DNA of 64,000 nt from a virus, in the IMG/VR virus record IMGVR_UViG_3300050821_005171, positions 14,701 to 78,700 of that record. One strand, written 5' to 3'. Made by a program: the position numbers and the translations under genes. Below the pieces are notes generated by a model, which worked only from the letters and a program-made list of their open reading frames with translations, was not told the origin of the DNA and searched no databases. Below are positions 57,601 through 64,000 of this stretch, one piece after another. Each line of letters opens with the position of its first letter. The stretch's first letter is position 1.

Positions 57601-59699
57601 GGCTTCGATGCCCTCTTGGAGGAGGTCAAGGTCAAGCGTGAACTCGGATCGCTCGATTGCCTGTTTTACGTGGTCGCGTGCCTCGCGAATGATTTCCTCA
57701 CGGTCGGCTCCTGTCGCTTTCCCAGGTTCGGCGGCTTGGCCCAGCGCATTCCAAACAGCCTCCGCGACGCGTCGTCCGCAGTCCCGTGGCTTCAGTCGCT
57801 GGATCGAATAGTCCCCTTGCCCCTTCCCGATGAAGAGTGGCCATTCCTGGCCATTGTCGTCCCGGCCGTATGACGGCTTGCATTGCGTCACGCGAAACGT
57901 CCGGCCCCGATCCGTGATTTCGTGCGTGTGTCCGTTTGTCATCGTGTTCCTCCACCAAAGATCGATCGGGATGTCAGGCGCCCGCAGCTTTTCCGTCCTC
58001 GGAATCCTTCATCCGCTTGGCGTTGCGCCTCAGAACTTTTACGGCCTTCTTAATCGCCCGCTGGATAATTCGTTGCGCTCGCTTCGGTCCGCGAATTCGG
58101 CCCTCGACAGCAGCGCGGACGACAGACAGTTCCTCGCGGTCAAACTTGTGGTTGCTCATGGCTTCACCGGATGTGCGGAAAGGAAGGCGTCGATATCCTC
58201 GATTAGCGCGGTATTGACCAGAAAATCCCTGCAAAGCTTTTGAACTCTGGAGAGCAGCTTTCCAGCCTTGCGGTTCTCGGTGGCCAATGGGTGCTCTGCT
58301 GGGGCGTCGGAGAGTGACACTTGCGGGATTTTGTCGACCTCGCGCTTTAGCCAGTGAACCCAATAGTTGGGGTCGGTTTCGCGGCACGTAGCTTCAAGGT
58401 CTCCGGAATAAAGCCTTAGCTTGTCGATCTGCGCGAACGCAGCACGGCATTCCGCCAGCTTCGCGTCTTTCCCCTTCAGTTCGGCGACTAGGGCCTTGTG
58501 GGAGGCGAGCAGTTGACGCGCCTGCTGCCCGACCTTCAAGTTGCCGAACGGGATCTCCATGAGTGTCACCGGCCCCATGCAAAGACGGACGGAGCCGCCC
58601 ATCAGGTCCGCATCAATCTCTGCGACCCGCGCTTCACTCAGTATGTCGCTCATGTTCCGTTCTCCGCATGCCAGGGCGATGCCAGCAGCGATTCTTCTTT
58701 GGTGGTCGGCAGCGGACACCAGTCGGGCAATGAATCGTCAAGTTTCCAATGGGGACCATGTACGATTTTCTTGCCGTTGCTTGCCGAACACGTCAACGTC
58801 ACGAGCGCCGTCACGTCGCAAATCCACTTAGAACGAGTTCGCACATGCGGGCATTGATGGCATCCGCGAATCTCCGTCGTTTTCACGACGGTTCGGCTAA
58901 TGAACCGGCTGTCCATCGTTCTCCCTCCTGTTTGTCGCCCCGGACGCATCACTTCAGGTATTGCTGTTCCAGGTCCGGCAGCGCATCGAGAATTTTCTTG
59001 ATCTTTTCGGGCGAGATGCCGGTCATGTCCTTCAGTAGCAACAAAACGGCGCGCTGCCTCAGTCTCGATGCCGACATTTTCTTGCCGAACTGCGAGAGAG
59101 CGACGATGCTCTCCGCCATGATTTCCAGAGGCACTTCATTCTCTGGGTTCTGCTTGACCGTTGCTTTTGGCTTGGTTGGCATCTTCGCTCCTTTGTTTGT
59201 CGCCCCGGAACCGCACGCTGACTCAGCTAATCGTCGTCGCCCCAAAGTCCGTCCATGTGCCTTCCTGCCTGACATCCGCACTTCGGACATTCAAAGCTGG
59301 CCGGCACGTTCTTTCCGCGCTCGACTTGGGCCGAGAATTTGTAGCGGCAGTTGCCGCACTGGCACTTGATGAAATAGTGGGTCTCGTTGTAACCGCGCTG
59401 GCGGTCATGCGTGTCGTATATACTCATCGTTTTCTCGCTCCTCAGTTCACGCCCAATTCGCGGCAGTCCGCAGATTCGCTTGCCAAACCGACATCGTCAG
59501 CGTTACGGCTACTGTCCAATCCGGTCTCGCCACTGGCCTCTGGTGGATACTGAGCGACAATTTCTCCATTCTCGTCGACAGCCTTGATCTTTATAATTTG
59601 TACGCAACCCGGAGGCAGTTCCACTGTCCCGATTAAATCAGGAAAATCAAATGGAGCCTTGGTGCTTATTTTTAGGGTGTAGGTTATGGTGTAGATCAT
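54680..59699 (-). other. Run of coupled hypothetical CDSs including Ead/Ea22-like proteins (55191-56105, 56125-56388, 56385-56711, 56714-57064, 57061-57942, 58156-58653, 58650-58916, 58949-59182, 59227-59427, 59442-59699)
   Basis: ATGA coupling; KATPGPW and NVALIVAAR (Ead/Ea22-like); coiled coils with a shared KDAKL motif; zinc ribbons. Confidence 0.6.
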
Positions 59700-60388
59700 C
59701 ACGCAGCTCCCATCGCCAGCACTCGCTGCACAGTGCTGCCCAGCCACTTTCGCCCGGCTGAAGTTTTGTAACCAGACTCGTTCAGCGACTTGGCGATCTG
59801 TCTCAGTGACTTCCCCTCTTGTCGCATTTGCTTCATGGCCGGCAACAGGAACTGGTAACGCTCGCGAGATGCCTTCATTCTGACCTCGGCCGACGCTCGG
59901 GCGGCACCGTGTGGATCGAAGTGATGCTTGATCTTCTCCCAGTGTCCTGGGACAGCGCTTCCAAACTTCATACCACGGAGCTTGGCCTGAGCCATCGCTG
60001 CTTTGACCCGGTCTGAGATCATCTGGCTCTCGTGCTCGGCCAGGGCTGCCATGATCCAAATCGTCAGCTTGTTGGCGAATGGCATGTCCACAGCCACGAA
60101 CTCAAGGTCGCTCTCCATCAGCATCGCCATGAATGCCATGTTCCTGGCAAGCCGATCGAGCTTGGCCACTAAGAGCACGGCCCCAGAGGCTCTACAGTCG
60201 CTCATCGCCTTGGCGAGCACGGGGCGGCTACATTTTGTGCCGCTCTCGATCTCGGTGTACGAGCGCAAGATTTCGGCACCGTTCCGCTTGGCAAAAGATT
60301 CGGACGCTGCCCGCTGGGCATCCAGCCCAAGCCCGGAGATTTCCTGACGGCCAGTGCTGACACGGTAATAGCAGATGTAGGTGGTCAT
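59699..60388 (-). CDS. Serine recombinase (resolvase domain + short recombinase-type DNA-binding domain)
   Basis: YYRVSTGRQ..SGLGLDAQ, AKLDRLARN, SLRQIAKSLNESGYKT..G.KW; promoter TTGTAA-17-TACACT with 7-nt gap to ATG. Confidence 0.92.
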   Translation of the reverse strand: MTTYICYYRVSTGRQEISGLGLDAQRAASESFAKRNGAEILRSYTEIESGTKCSRPVLAKAMSDCRASGAVLLVAKLDRLARNMAFMAMLMESDLEFVAVDMPFANKLTIWIMAALAEHESQMISDRVKAAMAQAKLRGMKFGSAVPGHWEKIKHHFDPHGAARASAEVRMKASRERYQFLLPAMKQMRQEGKSLRQIAKSLNESGYKTSAGRKWLGSTVQRVLAMGAA

Positions 60389-60440
60389 GACGGGCAGTGT
60401 ACCACCCTGGGTGCGTGATTACAATGTCAGCACACAAGAA

Positions 60441-60662
60441 TTATTTTGATCGCTCACGATCCATGATGTCGGCTGCCTGCATTGCCTCAGTGATTTGCGG
60501 GTCGTCGATCTGGTTTTTGCCAAGACGTACTCGCTCTTGAGCCCAAAACCTGATCGTGGCCGGTGCTGCCGCGTCCCGGCCGAGCAGCACGAAGATCATC
60601 TCGTCGCGGTCGGCCTTGCAGAAGCAGCTCTTCGGATCGAGCAGCTCGTTTTTCTTTCGCAT
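60441..60662 (-). CDS. Hypothetical phage protein
   Basis: KADRDEMIFVLLGRDAAAPATIRFWA motif. Confidence 0.7.
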   Translation of the reverse strand: MRKKNELLDPKSCFCKADRDEMIFVLLGRDAAAPATIRFWAQERVRLGKNQIDDPQITEAMQAADIMDRERSK

Positions 60663-60669
60663 CTGGTCC

Positions 60670-60903
60670 TCACTTGGGCTTCTTGGCAGTGATCGAAAGC
60701 AGCTTCTCGGCGTTCTCCAGGCTGATCTTCCCCTCGTTGTGCATGAAGCGGTAGAGAGTGGAGAGCGGGACCCCGGACATGGCCACTAAGTCTCGGAGGG
60801 AGCGGCCTTCGTTCAGGAGGATTTGGAGACCGTTACGGACGCCGAAGTCCATTTCGACCCACTTCTCGACACGATCGGGCCTGACCTTTCTTGGCCGGCT
60901 CAC
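60670..60903 (-). CDS. XRE-like helix-turn-helix regulator
   Basis: SLRDLVAMSGVPLSTLYRFM...ISLENAEKL. Confidence 0.8.
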   Translation of the reverse strand: MSRPRKVRPDRVEKWVEMDFGVRNGLQILLNEGRSLRDLVAMSGVPLSTLYRFMHNEGKISLENAEKLLSITAKKPK

Positions 60904-61885
60904 TGGGCCACCTCGAAGAAGTAGGACATGCACTGATCCCAGTCAGGTTTTGCGCTGCCCAGATATCGCAGGCCGGGCGTCACTGAAGGCCCGGTCGCAA
61001 AGAATGATCTCTCCGGGAGCGGAATCGAGCACCCTTCTCGGCCGGAGACGATCAGCCTCGACTGAGTGCCGTATGACGTGTCGTCGCAGAGCACCAGCAG
61101 GCCGAACGTCCCGAGCTGGTGGTCGACGCCGAGGATCACCGTCCCGTCAGGCAGTGTGACCGTCTCGTTCGCGTAGCCGTTGATGGAATATCGCCGGACG
61201 ATCATGGACTCACTCCGTGGTCGGTGCGCCTAGCTGGCCCTTGCCGGACGCGGGCCGCTCGATCTTCGGGTCCTGCACTGTCACGTCGACCTCCGGACAG
61301 AAAATCACGAGCGTCGCCGTGGGGATCGTCGGACCGCCCCTACCTGACCAGTTCATCTCCCAGGTCGCGCTGGCGACGTTGTCCAGCTCAACATCGCCGC
61401 ACATCACCCGGGTCCCAAACGGGGTCCCATCGCTGACAATCCGAATCGGCTTTGGCATCGCGCGCGTCCTTTGCAAAAACAGCTTGTTTTATAGGCCGGT
61501 CACCAGCAAACATCACGATAGCGTTCCACATCAGGAACGGAAAGCCCTGATCGTATCGTTGGCGTCAACAATGTGATCTAGCGCGTTGTGCCACAACGAC
61601 TTACGTCTATTTCAGCGGGCTATCCACCGTAGGCGTGGCCGAACACCGCCATCCGGCCCGGACTAAGTCCGCGAGCACAGCATAGGCGACCCAACCTGCG
61701 CCGTTGTTGACCTTGGTGAGGAAGCGGTACTCATCGACCAGGCGGCGGAAGTCTGGGATCATGTCGGGCGGGAGGCGGGACTCGGCCTTGGCTTGCTTTG
61801 GGGAGATTTCAACGGCCACACCTGCACCAGTGCGAAGTGATTTCTCAACTGCATCTAAGTCGTTTACTGGTATAGCATTACTCAT
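60900..61885 (-). other. Three small hypothetical CDSs (60900-61205, 61210-61476, 61607-61885)
   Basis: Co-oriented ORFs. Confidence 0.55.
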
Positions 61886-63012
61886 GCCGCGTCCTCCACC
61901 ATCCTTGCCGTCCACGACTGTCCCTGGCTGGCCATATATCCCATCGCGTTCAGCATGGAGGCGGTTTTTTCTGGGGATTCTTGCCGTTGTGTCATGTCGC
62001 GAATGAATCCGATCGCCTGCGACATGCTGGTTGGGTCCTTGATCCGGCGATGCTTTTGGCGCTCCTGCGTGACGTCGACGCCAAGAACCGACAGTCGCTC
62101 GATACGTTTACGTTTCAGGTTTGGGTCCCTACGGAGAATCTCCCAGAGGTAGGACTTCGAGAATTTCGGGTGTCTGTTTCTGGTTTTTACGCCCATCTGT
62201 GCCAGCTTTTCCGAGATGGTGCCGATCGAGTCTCCGCCGATGAACATCGTGTTAATCGCGGAGATTACCTCCTGTTCGTGAGGGACCTCTCTAAGTTCGG
62301 CAGCGCCGTCTGGTAGCTGGGCGTAGGCGTACCCATACGGCATCCGCCGGCCCAAAAGCGGGCTTCGCTGTACGTATCTTGCCAGAGAGTTTCTCTGAAT
62401 CCGGTGATCTGCCCAGGCGAAGCACCAGAAAAAATCCCCCAACAGGGACTCTTCTTCCGCCTCGGAGCACTCACCGTCAAAGCCAGCGGTCCCCAGGGCC
62501 TCGCAAGTGGCTCGATCCAATGCCGAAAGGCCATTGGACCTGATCGTGAGAGGACAGTCCGCTGCCGAGCCCTGTGCAGCCTCCACGAAGAGACGCCTCA
62601 TACCCAGTGAATTGGTCGCCAACTTCACGGAATCGGGAGAACGGCCCAACCGCCCGGCGATCCGCAGAATAAACTGCTCAAGCTCGGCTACAACCAGAAC
62701 ATGGTAGGCAGGATGCTCTAAGAGCCACAACTCTTGTTCATCACGGGGACGGCCATCCGGCTGCTGCTCATGACAAAGCCTACAAAGCAGGAATAGATTG
62801 GTTCCTGACCCTCCACCAAGGTTTGCCCGTGCCTGGACGTGACATCGCGCAGTCCAACCGCGACCATCCGGCCTGTGCCACCTGAGCCCGCATGCCCAGC
62901 ACGTATCGTGAGCCTCTGAGAGAGATCGAACTTTACCGGCTGCAATCAGCCTGAGCACAAGATTGTGATTTGCGGCGACGATCTTCTCTCTCGACAGGTG
63001 TAATCTAGGCAT
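61882..63012 (-). CDS. HNH-like domain fused to recombinase-type DNA-binding domain
   Basis: CWACG..RCH..NLFLLCRLCH; GRRMPYGY..EQEVI..I..MF..G.SIGTISEKL..MGVKTR. Confidence 0.65.
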   Translation of the reverse strand: MPRLHLSREKIVAANHNLVLRLIAAGKVRSLSEAHDTCWACGLRWHRPDGRGWTARCHVQARANLGGGSGTNLFLLCRLCHEQQPDGRPRDEQELWLLEHPAYHVLVVAELEQFILRIAGRLGRSPDSVKLATNSLGMRRLFVEAAQGSAADCPLTIRSNGLSALDRATCEALGTAGFDGECSEAEEESLLGDFFWCFAWADHRIQRNSLARYVQRSPLLGRRMPYGYAYAQLPDGAAELREVPHEQEVISAINTMFIGGDSIGTISEKLAQMGVKTRNRHPKFSKSYLWEILRRDPNLKRKRIERLSVLGVDVTQERQKHRRIKDPTSMSQAIGFIRDMTQRQESPEKTASMLNAMGYMASQGQSWTARMVEDAA

Positions 63013-63149
63013 GTGAACATAAGTCCATACCAGGAAACGGTTTACAGGATTTTATATCAGAGGGCGAGGGAGTGAAGCCCGGACATGCCGGTAGGGTAGT
63101 CAAGAACGGAGGAATGCGAAAGCATGGTAAGATCGGCAGTCGATCGAGC

Positions 63150-63902
63150 CTAAGCAGTTGGCAAATCAGGGCTTGCGGCACTATCTCCTGCATCGTCCGA
63201 TCGGTCGTGACCCCCCGCAGTAACTGCGACAGGATCGGCGTCGATGACCTTGCTCGGATCGACCAACTGCCCCGTGTTTCCGTTCAACCGCAACGATGCA
63301 AGCATATCGGGCGGAAGTCTGCGGAGCGCTTCTAGGTTCTGACGGACTGTGATCGACAGGATGGCTTCTGATCGACTGTCGGTAGGCTGCCTCACAGTCA
63401 ACGCGCGGAGGCGCATCAGGATATCAACACCGAGCCGAAGGAACGTCGAATTCCCCGCAGTTCTGCGCTTTGTTGCCACCGTCTTTTCATCGCCATAACC
63501 GCTTGCTCCATCAGGACTTTTGATCGGTCGCCCCATGCGTTTAAACCCGCGTTCAAGCTTAGATTCTTCAAAGGCTTGCATCGTGAGGGAATAGCAGCGC
63601 TCAAGTTCCCTTGGAATATCCAAGCGTTCGGCCGGTTCGGCTGCCTGTAGCCTGTCGATCCATGTGACGATCTTCTGAACCCATGCTGTGCTGATTCCAA
63701 GCTCTATTGCGACGTCGATGTGTCGGCGTTTCTCGATTCTGGCCATTCTCCAGATACGTAACTCTCTTGCGGTAGGCTGCCTTGCTCCTTTTAGGTGCCT
63801 GTTGGCCATTCGGTGCGGCCCTGGAGATTGTGAGCGCTGTACGGTTGCGGCCGAGTTTTGGCCAGTCCCGTCGATTGTCCCGCTTTCGTGTGATTCTGGC
63901 AC
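63150..63902 (-). CDS. Terminase small subunit-like HTH protein
   Basis: HIDVAIELGISTAWVQK HTH, LERCY...QAFEESK, GNSTFL pattern. Inference. Confidence 0.5.
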   Translation of the reverse strand: MPESHESGTIDGTGQNSAATVQRSQSPGPHRMANRHLKGARQPTARELRIWRMARIEKRRHIDVAIELGISTAWVQKIVTWIDRLQAAEPAERLDIPRELERCYSLTMQAFEESKLERGFKRMGRPIKSPDGASGYGDEKTVATKRRTAGNSTFLRLGVDILMRLRALTVRQPTDSRSEAILSITVRQNLEALRRLPPDMLASLRLNGNTGQLVDPSKVIDADPVAVTAGGHDRSDDAGDSAASPDLPTA

Positions 63903-64000
63903 CGGAATTATTCCGATTTAAATGTGCTTAGCATGGATCATTAAGGCTTGACGGTTTCGGGCCGGTTCGGCATGATTGACACTCCAGTCCGATCCCAACC

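Larger units (their letters stand above)
1..64000. mobile_element. Tailed bacteriophage genome segment (Caudoviricetes), probably infecting Planctomycetota
   Basis: TerL, portal, prohead protease, HK97-type MCP, head-tail, tail tube and tape measure genes; dense small ORFs; no host core genes. Host assignment is inference only. Confidence 0.95.

Noticed and set aside
56125-59699. Shared ETGLD peptide in ORFs 56125-56388 and 59442-59699
   Set aside because: Only two occurrences, one internal; compatible with chance.
59699-60388. Large serine integrase with att site
   Set aside because: Only 229 aa, with no zinc-ribbon/coiled-coil domain; no att-like repeat or host junction identified in the window.
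1-64000. Stop-codon reassignment or diversity-generating retroelement
   Set aside because: Core genes are full length in the standard code with all three stops used; no reverse transcriptase or template/variable repeat pair seen.

Overview
The window is a 64-kb segment of a tailed dsDNA phage (Caudoviricetes; no sheath gene recognised here, so probably a siphovirus). No host housekeeping genes are visible. The host is probably a planctomycete; this is inferred from csrA, Cys/Pro/Tyr-rich secreted proteins and the style of the tail genes. The morphogenesis genes are on the minus strand in two pieces. The head piece (about 27.3-37.6 kb) has a portal-MuF fusion, an XkdF-type protease, a scaffold, an HK97-type major capsid protein, a decoration protein and a head-tail connector. 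The neck/tail piece (about 1-9.4 kb) has head closure, a glycosyltransferase-like gene, gp10-like, tail terminator, tail tube, chaperones, a short tape measure and tail tip genes. Between them sits an 18-kb plus-strand block. Its first 10.5 kb is rich in membrane and secreted proteins (holin-like, PAS-domain, papain-like protease, class-3 lipase, thioredoxin-like) and has no recognisable peptidoglycan hydrolase. The right half encodes a DNA MTase, TerL, an HNH protein, CsrA, RusA, a sigma-70 factor, a GH5-like hydrolase, a serine recombinase, an HNH/recombinase-domain fusion and a TerS-like protein. The strongest unexplained signals read directly from the sequence are five. (1) Four otherwise dissimilar ORFs around the sigma gene end in the same C-terminal peptide, RAFF(D/E)xP-stop, encoded by different codons. 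(2) Non-canonical tRNA-like RNA elements lie immediately upstream of those genes. (3) A small-protein + terminator cassette is duplicated in front of both the capsid and tail gene blocks. (4) Two dispersed DNA motifs recur: a 32-bp oriented element (7 copies) and a 13-bp promoter-overlapping element (8 copies). (5) The prohead protease appears split across two genes. All protein calls come from motif recognition by eye; no database searches were run.
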